A stretch of DNA of 64,000 nt from Lama glama (lineage: Eukaryota), in assembly GCA_028534125.1 (NCBI GenBank), contig CM052816.1:22384001-22448000 (forward strand). Direction: 5' to 3'. Of this stretch, positions 1 through 12,999 are shown in pieces. The position numbers and the translations under genes are program-made. The notes beneath the pieces were generated by a model. It did not search any database. It was given only the letters and a program-made list of their open reading frames with translations, and was not told the DNA's origin. Numbering within the stretch: the stretch's first letter is position 1; every line of letters begins with the position of its first letter.

Positions 1-153
1 GTGCAAAAACCCTCAACAATACATTAAAAGGACCATACATTCCAAGTTGTGCATTTGTTTCCCAATTAAAAAAAATTTATCCCCCCCCAATATAGCGATT
101 AAAGAATCAAATCTGTTCTATCTTGAGCCCACAGGCATAAAGTAGGAAAGAGA

Positions 154-155
<2 letters not shown>

Positions 156-188
<33 letters not shown>

Positions 189-236
189 GCACACACACAC
201 ACACATATATCCACATACATATATATACATATATAT
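156..236. repeat. Compound (TA)n/(CA)n microsatellite
   Basis: Directly visible dinucleotide runs. Confidence 0.95.
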
Positions 237-589
237 CTTAATAGAAAGAATGAGGCCATATTTAAGGTAATATAGTATTATATACTAATAATCATGTAAG
301 AGTCAAAATTTTCAATCCTGTTGGAAAATTATCATACTTAAAACCAGGCATTTGAAATACAGTTATCAAATTCAGTTACATAAAATAACCTAAATTTTTA
401 TTCATGTAATAAAAATAATATTTAACTATAATTACTCACATAAAATTTTGGCTACACTACACACAAGCTCTAAAGATTATTATTATTATTAAGATTAAAG
501 CTAATGAGTACAAATTTTCAATTTAGGATTAGCTATCTTTACTGCCATTATAACACAGAAATAGGTGTACACATATACAATTATTTATT

Positions 590-1910
590 TTTATGACAAA
601 GGTGACCCTATGCTACAGTAGGGAAAGAGTGGTCTTTTCAAAAAATGATGCTGGATCAACTGAATATTCAGATGTGAAAAAATAAATCTTGACTCCCACC
701 TCGTATCACATACAAAAATCAATTCTAGTTGATAGAAACAACCAAATGGAGAAGATCAAACAACAAAGCTTTGGGAAGAAAGCACAGGAGAATCTATTCA
801 TGACCTTGCTTGTGATTTGCAAAGATTTCTTAAACAAGAATCAAAAGTATTAACCGTAAAGAAAAAAAGGGATAAGCTGGACTACATTAGAGTTAAAAAC
901 TTCTCATCAAAACATAAAATTAGCGAAGTGAAAAAGCAAGCCAAAAAATAAAAGATTCTTCTAATACATATATCCAACAAAGGCTTTATATTCAAGACAT
1001 ATAAAGAATTCCTTCAAATCAATAATAAAGAGGCAGATAACTTCTTAGAAAAATGGGCAAAAGGCTTGAACAGCTATTTCATAAAAGAGAATATCCAAAT
1101 GGCCATTTTAAAACAACTGAAAAGGTGCTAGTAATTAATTAATTACCAGAGGAATGCAAATTAAAATCACAATGTGATACCACAACATAACCACCAGAAA
1201 GGCTAAAATAAAGAGATGCACAATATCAAGAGCTGGTGAGGATATAAAGCAACTGGGGTTCTCAGATACTGCTGCTGGAAGTCTAAATTAGTCTAACTAC
1301 TTTGGAAAACTGGTTAGCAGTATCTATCAAAGCTGAATAAACACATACCATATGATCCAGAAATTTCACTGCTAAATACACATGCACTGAAGAAAATGCA
1401 TTATATATGTGTATGTATTTGTACATGTATGTGTGTGTGTCTGTGTGTGTATTATGCCAAAAGACACTTACAAGAATGGTCGTAGAATCATTATTCATTA
1501 TAACCCCAAATTAGGAAAAAAACCAAAGGAACAATAGCAGAATGGATAAATTGTAGTATAGTCCAACAACATTCATGGAAATGTTGCTATACACAATAAT
1601 AAAGATGAATCTCACAAATACAATGTTGAGAGAAAGAAGGGAGACAAAATAGTAATCCTATATGATTCCATGTATATAAAGTTCAAACACTTTTATTATA
1701 CTAGGTTAAATATTGATAGTGTTAAAAGTCAGAACAGTGGTTATACTTGTGGGGAGGGGCTGACTGCGAGGAGCATGAGGAGGGGGCTTTTGGGATACTG
1801 GTTACATAATATAACTTGAGTGGATGCTGGTTGCACAGATACTTCACTTTGCAAAAATTCACTGGGCTATACTGTTACAAATTGTGAACTTTTCTGTTTG
1901 TATGTTGTTT
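590..1910 (+). mobile_element. Old LINE-1 (L1M-type) ORF2 3' end and 3' UTR fragment
   Basis: Typical L1 3' motifs such as aaatgggcaaaaggcttgaacag, atgcaaattaaaatcacaatg and catatgatccagaaatt. Confidence 0.85.
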
Positions 1911-2183
1911 CTATCGTTGTTGTTGTTGTTGTCATCCCCTCAAATACTTTAGGGAATGAAAACCAAATATTATGTGAAATGAGATTCTGGTGAAACCCCA
2001 GCAGAAGTCTGGAAGTATAATGGAAGATCCTCAACTATACTTCCATTTCGTATAGTCCCAATTCTTCTAAGTTAAAATAACTCTAATAGAATAAAAGATA
2101 AAGAAACAGACTTAGTCTAGGTAGGTGGTAAATCATACTAGGAAAATTAAGAATGCCAGATAAATATTACAGAAACAGTCATA

Positions 2184-2432
2184 AAGGCAAACCTCTGAGA
2201 TATTTTGAAGAGTTTGAAATATGGCAAGAACTACCAAAAGGCTACACTGAGACACAAAATGAGAAAGTTTGAATATTGCAAAAATTACCAAGATGCTACA
2301 CCAAGACCCAAAATAAGCAAAAGCTGTTGGAAAAAAATGGTGCATATAGATTAGCTCAACACAGGGTTGCCACAAACCTTCAGTTTGTAAAAATGCATTA
2401 CCTGCGAAGTGCAATCAAATGAGGTGTGCCTG
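2184..2432 (-). mobile_element. Tigger1 internal-deletion derivative
   Basis: Degraded Tigger1 termini aggcaaacctctgagatatt ... aatgaggtgtgcctg, with internal cagggttgccacaaaccttca. Confidence 0.75.
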
Positions 2433-2697
2433 TTCTGTCTCTGTAACTGTAGTTTTGCAATATAACCAGTGGTTAAGATTAAAAAGAAAAAAATAAATTA
2501 ATAAAAGAAAAAGAAAAAAAATCTGGTTAAACAGTTGCATACTTCAGCATTTTAAAATATAGCCTCACAAATGTGTACAATATATACCACAATGTCTGGC
2601 AAAATCAAGCTGCTTTACTAATCAGCATAACATGCACTGCACTTGCTCCATTTTAAAACACACTGCAGTGGGAAAACACTTCTTTAATTTTACTTAC

Positions 2698-2779
2698 TCA
2701 GCGTATTGTGGTCTGTATGAATACCTTGTATAACAGATGTTCTCAGTATCAATTCAACATCAGAACCTATTTTTATCAG
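2698..2779 (-). CDS. LYRM7: LYRM7 coding exon 4 ([27 protein letters not shown])
   Basis: Acceptor ttttgtaacag, 82 nt, donor GTAAGT, in frame. The terminal coding exon was not found in 1-2697 and presumably lies outside the window. Confidence 0.96.
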
Positions 2780-3250
2780 CTGTTACAAAAACAAACAAAA
2801 AAACAAGAATAAATCCTCCAGGTATTTTTTCAATGGTTTACATGAATGTGCTATTTTTGAAAACTATAGGTTTATTACAATTTCTTTTTAGGCAATACTT
2901 GCCCTTAACTTGTTGTAACCATTCCAATCCATACAGAAAACTCAGACATGTGTATAATTCTACCCTATATCTATCCACTATACTTTTTTTTTTTCCAAAA
3001 CAGATTTAGAGTATTTTTGTTGTAATATATACTTTACCATGTGTTTAAAATGCATAGTTTATTTTGGGAGGGGTTATACCTCTCTTTTACTACAGAGCTG
3101 GATGTTCTGAACACTAGAAATAATATTGGATTAGGAATAAGAATACCTGAATTCCATCCCTGGCTCTATCATTAAGTGTATGGCCTTGGGTTTTTAATCT
3201 ACTCTCTGAGTTTCAGACCTCATCACTGCAAAACAAAGAACTGGACTAAA

Positions 3251-5076
3251 ACAGTGATTCTCAGAGCTATGGATCCCTGAGGGACGTTGAGATCCCTTCA
3301 GGGACCCATGAAGGCAAAACAACTTTCACAATACTAGAGCCATCTGCATTGTTTGAGTTGTGAACAGAAGTAGAGCTTTCACTTTTGAGTATCATTTTTA
3401 CTTGAATGAACCACTGATACAAGGTCCGATTATTCAGACTTGGGTATTTGGCAGACATTTTTGTGAAAATGGGTGAAATGAGTATGTCACTTCAAGAAAA
3501 CAACTGACATTATTTCTTAACAATGATAAAATTCAAGCTTTCAAGAAAAAAATCAGAATTCTGGAAAACCTGTACCTTCCACAACAAGCTCAACAGCCTC
3601 TCAATACTTAAGATTTTTTCTGATAAGATAAATATTAACAGATATAATTTTAAAATATTACATATTGAACTATGTCAACTTTTGGAAGATCCTTTGGTGA
3701 ACCTATATTTCTCAAATCATCAGTGCATGATGTTACAAAATCATACATGAGTAAAAGATCCAAAGGGAAAGACAGATTAAAATCTATTGCTCTACTACAT
3801 GCAGACATGAGGGCATGTGGGAAAAAAATATCCTAGGAAGAAGCATCAGCATAAGTGCCCTGAGACAGGGAAGTTCTTGGTAAATTCAAACATCCTCAAA
3901 GAAGGAACTGAGATTGTAAGAATGAGAAGTGTGGTGAGTTGAGGCGGGAAGTTAACAAGGGTCAGACGATATAGTATTATTAGTCATGGTAGGTGGGACT
4001 TCAGATTTTACTTGAATAAGGTGGGGAGCCATGCGGGTTGTGATTAGAAGAATGATAGGACAGGCCTTTAAAAGTATTGAGAATAGGCTGTAGCAGGCCT
4101 CTCTAACAACCCAGTGAGAGATAATGATGGCTTGAACCAGGCAATAATGATGGGGAAGATGAGAAGTGGTCAAATTCTGAGTACATTTTGAAGGTTAAAC
4201 CAACAGGATTTGCTGGCAGATTGGATGTAAGTATGAGAGAAGGAAAGCAGTAAAGAAAGAGATTATCTATGTTTTTGGTCTGAGCATCAAAAGGAGGGAG
4301 CTGCCATTAACTGACATGGAGAAGGCTGTAGCAGAGCAAAGCCTTACCTCCTGACAGGCTTGAGAAGGGGTTTAGAGAAAGAAAAAAAAAAACTGGTCTC
4401 TTCATCCACTGGAGGTGCATAAACTGAGTTGAGTTCTAAGTCTAAGGCTGACAACAAGGCTAGACGAGAAACAAGAGATCAGGGGAGATCTGAGGGAATG
4501 AGAAGGATGTGGTATGTATGAATCCTGGACCCTCCCCACTAAGGAATATATTTATATATATCCTGTGGACTAAAAGATAACAAGCTCCATTCTGCAACTA
4601 AACTTCAAGGAAATTTACCACTTGCTGAAGTATAGTATCAAAGAATATTCATAATTTTTTGAAAAGGCTAATATATATTCCTACCCTCTTCCAACTACAT
4701 ATATGTATGAGGCTGAATTTTCTTCATATAATTCAATCTAAAAATCATGTTGTACCAGATTGAATGAGGAAGAGGTCTGAGAACTTACTGACTTCTATTA
4801 AGCTAACATTAAAGAAACTTGCAAAAACATAAAACAATGCCATTCTTCTCACCAAATTTTTCTGAAATAGTTATTTTTCATAAACATTCTATTTGTTAAC
4901 ATGTAATGAGCTTATTATTTTAAAATTATTTAACCAATATATATTTTTAAAATTTCTCAGTTTTAAATTCTAATATGGTAAATATTGATAGGTATAACAC
5001 ATAAATAGCACTTTCTAGAATTGTCAATTTTTCAGAAGATAAAGTGGTCACGAGACCAAAAAGTCTGAGAGCTGCT
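3251..5076 (+). mobile_element. hAT Charlie1-like DNA transposon in two pieces (~3251-3780 and ~4580-5076), interrupted by an L2-containing segment
   Basis: Charlie1-like 5' end cagtgattctc, transposase remnants, and 3' end gagaccaaaaagtctgagagctgct. L2-like sequence at ~3810-4340. Confidence 0.7.
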
Positions 5077-5363
5077 AGTTGAGAGGCTGCCTAAGATTCC
5101 TTTTGGCGCCAAGATTTCATGAAGCCTCTAACACACGACAATGTAATTATCTAAAAACTACTAAATATTTAATATATGCAGAGTTACCAAAAGTACAAAA
5201 TATATATTTATATATAACAAATATCTAATTTCTAGATTGCTTAATGTTAGTGCTCTACAAGTGAAATGCATTTGGGAGATTGTAGTTCATTTTCCCAATT
5301 GGTCAATAAAAACAGATCTCAATTAAAATTTAAAATCATGACTTCAAATTTTAAAAACAGTCA

Positions 5364-5678
5364 CAGGTATACCTCAGAAATATTGTGGGTTTGGTTCCAA
5401 ACCACCACAATAAAGCAAATATCACAATAAAGTGAGTCACATAAATTTTCTGGTTTCCAAGTGCATATAGAAGTAATGTTTACAATATACAGTAGTCTAT
5501 TAAGTGTGCAATAGCATTATGTTTAAAAAAAGCACATCCCTTAATAAAAACACTTTATTGTTAAAGAATGCTAACCATCATCTGGCAATGCAGGTTTGCC
5601 ATAAGCCTTCAATTTGGAAAAAAACACAGTATCTCTGAAGTGCAATAAAGCAAAGCACAATAAAATGAGGTATGCCTG
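5364..5678 (-). mobile_element. Tigger1-derived MITE (Tigger1a-like), ~315 bp
   Basis: Terminal inverted repeats caggtatacctc / gaggtatgcctg followed by TA. Only terminal Tigger1 sequence is retained. Confidence 0.85.
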
Positions 5679-6769
5679 TACCATACTGTTTATTACTCAG
5701 TCTACTGAAGAGCAAAGCAGTACAACTTTGGTGTATACCATTCAACTTCTCTTCAAGTCATGACTTGACTATAATGTCTTCTTAACTTCTGCCATGAATA
5801 AAAATTACATAGTCCCTGTTGGCCCTACCATATGCTTAAGAGAAATCTTTCCCTTTTTTTAAAATTTGAGAGATAGAAATACTTAGGCTATCTCATTTTG
5901 TCTCATTAGTTTGATTATTACAGATATTTACTATTTCAAAAATAGCATTTTTCTCTACTAAGTATAAACGCACTTGTATAAAAAATTTTTTTCAATGTGT
6001 GGAGATTCCACTAAATATGGAAGGATTTCTCTAATTTGTAACTTCCTCTTTGCCAAACCAATTCTTTGAATAATAATTACCCTTGCAAATTATTTTTCTT
6101 TTTCACTTTCTTCCTAAAGGCCCTTTCCCTAAATATATACAAAGACAGCACAAAGTTAGACACAGGAACACTTAGGAAGCAGTGTTCCTTCCTAAGACAG
6201 AGGCAATGTATACAAGCATATGATTTTATGTAGGAAAAGAATCATTGTGCATTTTTTCAATAAACATGTATTGGGAATACCAGGGAACTCACAGACTAGT
6301 GTAGTAGACTGCCTTCAATCACGGCAAGAGACTAAAACAAAAATAAAGAAGGCAAAGCAAGAATAGTTTATAAACTCTGGCTGGCTAACTTACACAGTCA
6401 GGATAGGAATTAAAAAAACCAAAATCTGTCCACTTAAGCAAATGAGCAGAACTGAGGGAGTTATCACGACACCCACTCTCCTTAGTTTCGGTCGCTTGCC
6501 TTAGATGAAGACAGCGTCTCTGTGGTTTCTGGGTTGGTTCAGCTGTTCTTGCTTTGATCAAGGCTATACTCATGCTCTTTTCACCAGGCAACTTGCTGTC
6601 TTACAGGTACCGGCAGATGACCCAGAGAGGCAAGCCATACCAAACAGGTTTTATTTCATAAAAGATTTTATAAAAAGATTTTTCATAAAACTTCTCTTTT
6701 TAATCATTTCCTCTAGTTGCTAAGAAAATGTATGCATTTTATCATAATTGAAAAATTTAAGTACTGTAC

Positions 6770-6840
6770 CTCTTCTATTTTCTTAGGAGAAGTTTCACTT
6801 TTATTACATTTGAATTCTTCATTTATCTTTATTCTGGCTG
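6770..6840 (-). CDS. LYRM7: LYRM7 coding exon 3 ([24 protein letters not shown])
   Basis: Acceptor ctttctctag, 71 nt, donor gtacag. Phase 1 in and phase 0 out keeps the frame. Confidence 0.96.
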
Positions 6841-7609
6841 CTAGAGAAAGCAAATATATATAAATAGTTATTTGCTTTACAAATTTATAATTCCTGCCTC
6901 AATAATTTACATGTTGTTCATCATACTATGATACTACATGCTATACATACATACATCTACCATTTTCTAGTAGAGAAAGTAGTTGTGCCCCATGTAATAC
7001 AAAGTATAAAAATAAGAAATTTATACATGAAGTCTCTTGGAGAGTTTTTGACAGGCTGGTAAATTTGTAATTAAACCTAACATACACTTTTAACACTCGT
7101 TCATACTTTTGTTTCCTGCTTTTTATTTCCAGTTTCCTTTGTGAAACCTCTAGCTATGAGACTAAATTCAATTTAATACTTTATTTCTGCAAATCTAAGG
7201 ATTTAAATTAAAATGCTTTTTTTCTTAGACAGCAAAACTCAATACATACAAGTATGTTAAACTACACACATACACACACACACTTAAAATGAAGATATAG
7301 CGGCAAAGAGGATATATAAATAATTTTGAGTGCCTTTGCTGACAAGCAAAGAAAGTGAAAAATAAAACTTTTATTCATATGTACCACTGAGACTTTGGCA
7401 TTATTATAGCAGCATAATTTAAGACAACTGACAGTTTGTCAGCCTCATTGTGTTGCTATGAACATTTAGTGAAAGAATTCATGTAAAGTGCTTAGTAAAT
7501 ATGCAATGTTAGCTATTCTAATAATTATTTCACTTAAAAACATTTAAAGCAACAAAAATATGCTATGTTGATGGAGAATAGCCATAAAACCTTTCTTCTG
7601 GGCTCAATA

Positions 7610-7830
7610 CATTTCAGTATGTAAGGTGGTTAAGAGTTTGGGCTTTGGGGCCAGACTGCTTAGGCTAAATTCCTGTTTCTACCTCTTACTAAATATGATA
7701 TGACACAAGTCTCTTCACATTTTGTCAGTTTTCTCATCTGAAAAAAATAGAAATTATAATAGTAACTACTTCACAGGGCTGTTACAAGAACTAAATGAGG
7801 AATTTGTGTAAAGTACATACAATATGAGGC
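7610..7830 (+). mobile_element. MIR SINE
   Basis: gtggttaagagtttgggctttggggccagac ... cagttttctcatctgaaaaa ... cacagggctgtt MIR core. Confidence 0.75.
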
Positions 7831-8337
7831 AAATACTTTAATATTCAAGAAATTATTTTTGGTGAATTATAAAAAACTTGAGTTCCTAGGGACAACAGGG
7901 ACACTTTACTTATTTGCCCTTATAAAGAGGTTTAGAAATGTGTGAGGATTAGAACTGAATCTGACCAACACAGAACCTAAGCTTTAGAGCTCCGAGTTCT
8001 AGATAAGATAGACTCTGGGCCTAAAGAGTGTAAAGTTTGATTTTATAATTGAAAAATGAGTTTCATGGCTTGAACATAAAGCAAGCAACAGAGCACACTG
8101 AAATTCTGATCCTATTTTCCATGATTCTTTGTGAAAACTTGATCTTTTAAAATTTTTTCTTTAAGTAGATACATCTCAAAGAAGTGTAATGTAAACCAAT
8201 CCTTATAAAACAAAACACTAGGGCTAGATAGTGAAGGTCATTCCCTAAGAAAGGTATTGACCACACAGGGTCTCTTGGATATATAAGCACCCATGTGAAG
8301 AATAGACTTGCTCGAAAGGAGCAAAAAATAAACTTAC

Positions 8338-8410
8338 CTTCTAGTGCTCTGGCATCATTTTTAAAAACTTGTTGTCTGGTCCTGTGCAATGTTCTAAAGA
8401 GCTGTAAAAC
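8338..8410 (-). CDS. LYRM7: LYRM7 coding exon 2 ([24 protein letters not shown])
   Basis: Acceptor ttctttacag, 73 nt, donor GTAAGT. Translation matches the LYRM7 N-terminus with its LYR-like LFR motif. Confidence 0.97.
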
Positions 8411-9359
8411 CTGTAAAGAAAATCAGAATTCAGACCTCGAAAGAAAAAATTTCCCATTTTACATAACTACAAGGATTAAAGAGGATTTTGTTTGTTTCTT
8501 AGACTATTGTTCAAAATAGCTGGTGAAAACCAGGGTTGGCCAAAATAACTTGATTACTTATCTTTAAGAAAAATAGCTCTATGTATTTACAAAAATAATA
8601 CAAAATTATCTTAAACAAAACAAGGATGGTTAAAAAGTTAATGATTCCTAGTGATCAGTTTGCTAAAGTAACCAACTTTACTAGTCCGGCATTTTTTTTC
8701 TCATTTTTCTTAAATACTGAGCCCTTCATCTGCTCTTAAAGTTATACACACATACACATTAACTCATGAATAGATTACATCTTAAAAGAGCCCAGAAGAA
8801 AGATGTTTCAGATAATTTAGGCAAGTTTAATTGTGATTTCTTGAAAAAGAAGTGAAATGGTGACATTTTTGAATACTCTAAGATTATGCTTGGAAAAAAA
8901 AGATGAGAGAAAAGAACCTGGCATTTTGGTAGAAGACATACTGTAAAGAGGTTTTAGTGATAGGCTGATGCCACTTCACACTTCTTAAGTCCAAAAAGGT
9001 AGGTATTCAATATCGTTCCTCCAATAGTGCTCTTTCTCCTGTCTTCCTAATTTCACCTATGGAAAACAATTGATTTCTGAAGCCAGAAATCCCTAAGTCA
9101 TTCTATAAATCCACTTTACTTTTCATGTAGAAACTGTAGGAATGGCTCTCTAATCTTCTGTATGTTCTCCATCACCCAAAGTTCAGGCCTTTTCCTATCT
9201 CTTGCTTAGACTACTTACAAAGATTTGTTACTCTGCCACCATTTCCCCTTTCTCCTGGTCCATTCACCAGAAAATAATATCTGCCCTTCACTGAGTGTAT
9301 CCTGTGTGCTAGGCACTCTTTTAAGTATTTTACATATATTAGAAAACCTATAACATCAA

Positions 9360-10989
9360 AAGCAGACAACAAAACAGAAATAGGAAAAAGGGAGAAGACA
9401 TAAAAATAAATCAAACTGACCAGCCACAATAAACTTCCTCAGAAATATAAGTTATTGCAAACATGAAATAACAACAAAAAGAAGTTACAGTAAAATTTAA
9501 AAGGAACATTTGAAAGATGCCCCAAAGCTTCTGAATATCAAATGAGTCATAGCAAAGATACGTTGAGAAAAACTGCCCAAAAAGTACAATAAAAATTCAG
9601 ATAGAAATTGAGGGGAGAAAGGATAAGAAAACTAAAAGAGTAGTCCAGATGGCCCAATAGTTACCTGCAAAGGATCTCCAAGAGAGAACAGAGAAAACAG
9701 ACTCTGCCAAGTGCCCAACACAAAACCCATGCCACAGCATATCATAACGTAAGTTCAGCACAATGCTAAGCAGGAAAAATCTTGGAGGGAAAAAACAGTT
9801 CATGTATAAAGGACAGAAAATCAGAATGGCATCTCACTTATAAACAGCATCACCATAAGAAGACATCTTTTAAGTTTAAAAAAAAAAAAAGATTCAGCTT
9901 AGAACACCATACAAAGCCAAACTATCACCTAACTACAAGGACAAATAGACATTTTCACAAATGCAGTCTCTTATCTGCCATAACCCTTTCTTAGAAAGCT
10001 ATAGAAGACTATGCTCCACCAAAACAAGGGGATAAACCACAAAAGAAAAAAACATGGGAATGAGGGAGACAGGTGATCCAACATGAAAGAGGCAGAGATG
10101 ATGATGGACAAATACAGGTTAGCATCTGTGCAGCCAGCAAAGAAAGCAACTAGTCTGGAATACAGCAGAAGGCTAAACTGCTCCAGAAAAGATGCTGCTA
10201 TGGAAAAAATAAAACTGATAGACCTCAGTTTTGCTCAGAGTTTGGGAAAAGATATGTAGGAAAGTGATAATAAAAATAAGGCAGTTATTAACTTCTAGAA
10301 AAACCAAGAAAGCAACATAATCATATATTTATATGAGAGGGCTCAGCTATGGACAAGTTTTCTAGAGCCATGATAATATCAAAGATGAAAACTGATTCAC
10401 CAAAGTTTGTACATTAAGAGAAACAGGGCATTAGAAGGAGATTAGTCCTCAACTTTCACAGTTAAAAGTCAATAAGGAAAGGGGGAGAGGCAGTATAAGG
10501 GAATTAAGAGGTACGAACTATCAGGCACAAAATAAGCTACAAGGATATGTATTATACAACAATATAGCCAATATTTTACAATAACTATAAATGGAGTATA
10601 ATCTTTAATAATTGTGAATCACTATATTGTACACCTGTAACTTATATAACATTGTACAAATATACTTAAAAAAAAAAAAGACAGTCAATACCATGTATTG
10701 GCAAGGATGTGGAAAACCTGAAACTCTTAAATATTGTTGGTGGGAACATAAAACAGTGCATCTGCATTGGAAAACAGTTTAGCAGTTGCTGAAAAAGTTA
10801 AACAAAGAGTTATCATATGACCCAGAAGTTCCATGCCTAGGTATATAACCAAGAGAAATGAAAACATATGTTCACACAAAAACTTGTACATGAATGTTCA
10901 CAGTAGCATTATATATAATAGTCACAAAGTAGAAATAACCCAAATGTCTGCCACCTCATGAATGGATAAATAAAATGGTACATCCATGT
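9360..10989 (+). mobile_element. Nested old L1 fragments, including a short L1 3' tail with poly(A) at ~10475-10680
   Basis: L1 ORF1-like remnant, 3' UTR motifs and an A-run. Possible TSD agtcaata at 10467 and 10683. Confidence 0.7.
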
Positions 10990-11620
10990 TGTTATGGCTT
11001 GAAATATGTCCCTGACAAAAAGACATGTTGAAGTCCTAATCCTCCATACATGTAAATGTGACCTTATTTTGGAAATAGGGTCTTTGCAGATACAACCAAG
11101 TTAAGGTGAATCGTTAGAGCAGTCCCTAATTCAATATGACTGGTGTCCTTAAAAGAAGAGGAAAATGCCATGTGAAGAAAGAGACACACAGGGAAAAGAC
11201 CACAGGTGAAGACGGAGACAGGGACTGGAGTGATACAATAGCAAGCCAAGGAACACTAAGGTTTGTTTGATGGCCACCATCAGAAGCTAGGAAGAAGTCA
11301 AGATTCTACTGAGAGTTTTAGAGGGAGCATGGCTCTGCTGTCACCTTGATTTCAGACTTCTAGCCTCCAGAATTGTGAGACAATAAACTTGTTTTAAGCC
11401 ACCCGATTTCTGGTGATTTGTTAGAGCAGCCATAGGAAACTAACACCGATTTTACTACCCGGAAGTGAGGTCCTGCTGTAACAAATACCTAAAAATGTGG
11501 AAGTGGCTATGGAATTGAGTAATGTGTAGAGATCAGAAGAATGTTAAGGTGTTTGACCTCAGTGAAAGCTGAGATTGTCTTAAAAATATCGTTGGTAGAA
11601 ATAGAGGCTTTAAAGGTGGC
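10990..11620 (+). mobile_element. MaLR MLT1 LTR (~10990-11445) plus start of the MLT1 internal region
   Basis: tgttatggcttgaa ... cagaattgtgagacaataaa ... gcagccataggaaactaaca, then gattttactacccggaagtgagg. Confidence 0.85.
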
Positions 11621-12999
11621 AGAACACCATAGAAACCAGGGAGTTTAGTATTAGAAGTGTGCTGAAGGACAGGCTTCATGGAAGAAAGTGAGAAGTCAGT
11701 CAGTCTAACCATTTTACATGGTACTTTGGGAAGAAAGGAAAGTGATTCCAGTAGTACAACAACCAGTATCCTTACTTTAAGGATAGTGTAAGAAAAAGAA
11801 AATGTCATCATTACTGCCTTCAAACTTTTATTAAAAAGTAGAAAACTAGATCACAGACTATCTTCTCTTCCTCATTTACTTACACTGATTGGACAAATTC
11901 AGGCAGTGTATAACGAAATGTAAATTCTTAACAATTTTATCAGTTTGAATCTGACATTACCACTTATGGTAAGCTTAGACAAATTCCTTAGCCTTTTTGC
12001 CTCAATTTTCCTGAAAAATGGACTAAGTTGGAGGGTGGATGATATAATTTCTGTACTAGGATTCACTTTAGATAGTGATTACTCACCTCTCTCTTCTAAG
12101 TCTGGGTAATATGCCCCTCCTGAGTACATTCACAGCAGTGGGCACTTAGTACAGTTTTTGTTAATTAAAGGCTTACTTGCTATTGTCCCCTACTTCCTCA
12201 AAGGCTTCTCAGTCACCTTTGTATCTTCCTCACTTAGCACAGGTGTCTTCTACACATGGTAGTTCTAAACGTTGTGTTTTTGAAATGAATCCTATTTAAT
12301 TTCATTCGTATTCAAGTTTTCCAAGCAACTTTCCACTTTAAGTACTGTCCATATGTTATTTCCTCTTTACAGAATATTCTTTTCTCTCTTCTAGCTAATT
12401 TCTAATCACACTTCCGGTCTCAACTTAACTTACACTTCTATGAGAAAATTTTTCCCTCCCTCCAGATAGGCTAAATCCGTTATATGCTCACAAAATACAC
12501 TATATTTTCAACTCAATTCAATTTAGCATTTACTAAACTTGTAATTAAGTTATCGTTTAAAATCCCCCTACCTATTAGACTTCTACAAGAAGGTAAAGGT
12601 GGTCTCTTTTTTGTTACATCCACTATGCTCACCAAGTATAGGTTAAATTCTGCCTGTTATGTGCTACTGATAGCTATTATGGACACACAATAAGTTTTTG
12701 GAATGATTAAAGCATTACAATTCTGTTTCTATTGGTGCTGTGACATGTATTAAAATGTGCTAAGCACACCCAGTTCAGTAGTACCACTAAGTACTGCTTG
12801 GTGGTTTCCTATTATTGACCAATCTTATGCATTGCTTTGCCTCACTGTATTGCAGCAGGCCATGTCCCTTTTCCCATGCCAATGTTCTACCCAGTGACAA
12901 GGACAAGTCTCAATCGGCCATATTGGTATTTAACGTTAGGGATGGCTGGTCCCAGGGAATTGTACACTGAACATGAACGCACATCAGTTTGACGAGAAA

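Noticed and set aside
8147..8389. 80-aa ORF starting [16 protein letters not shown]
   Set aside because: This is LYRM7 exon 2 read through into the intron, not a separate gene.
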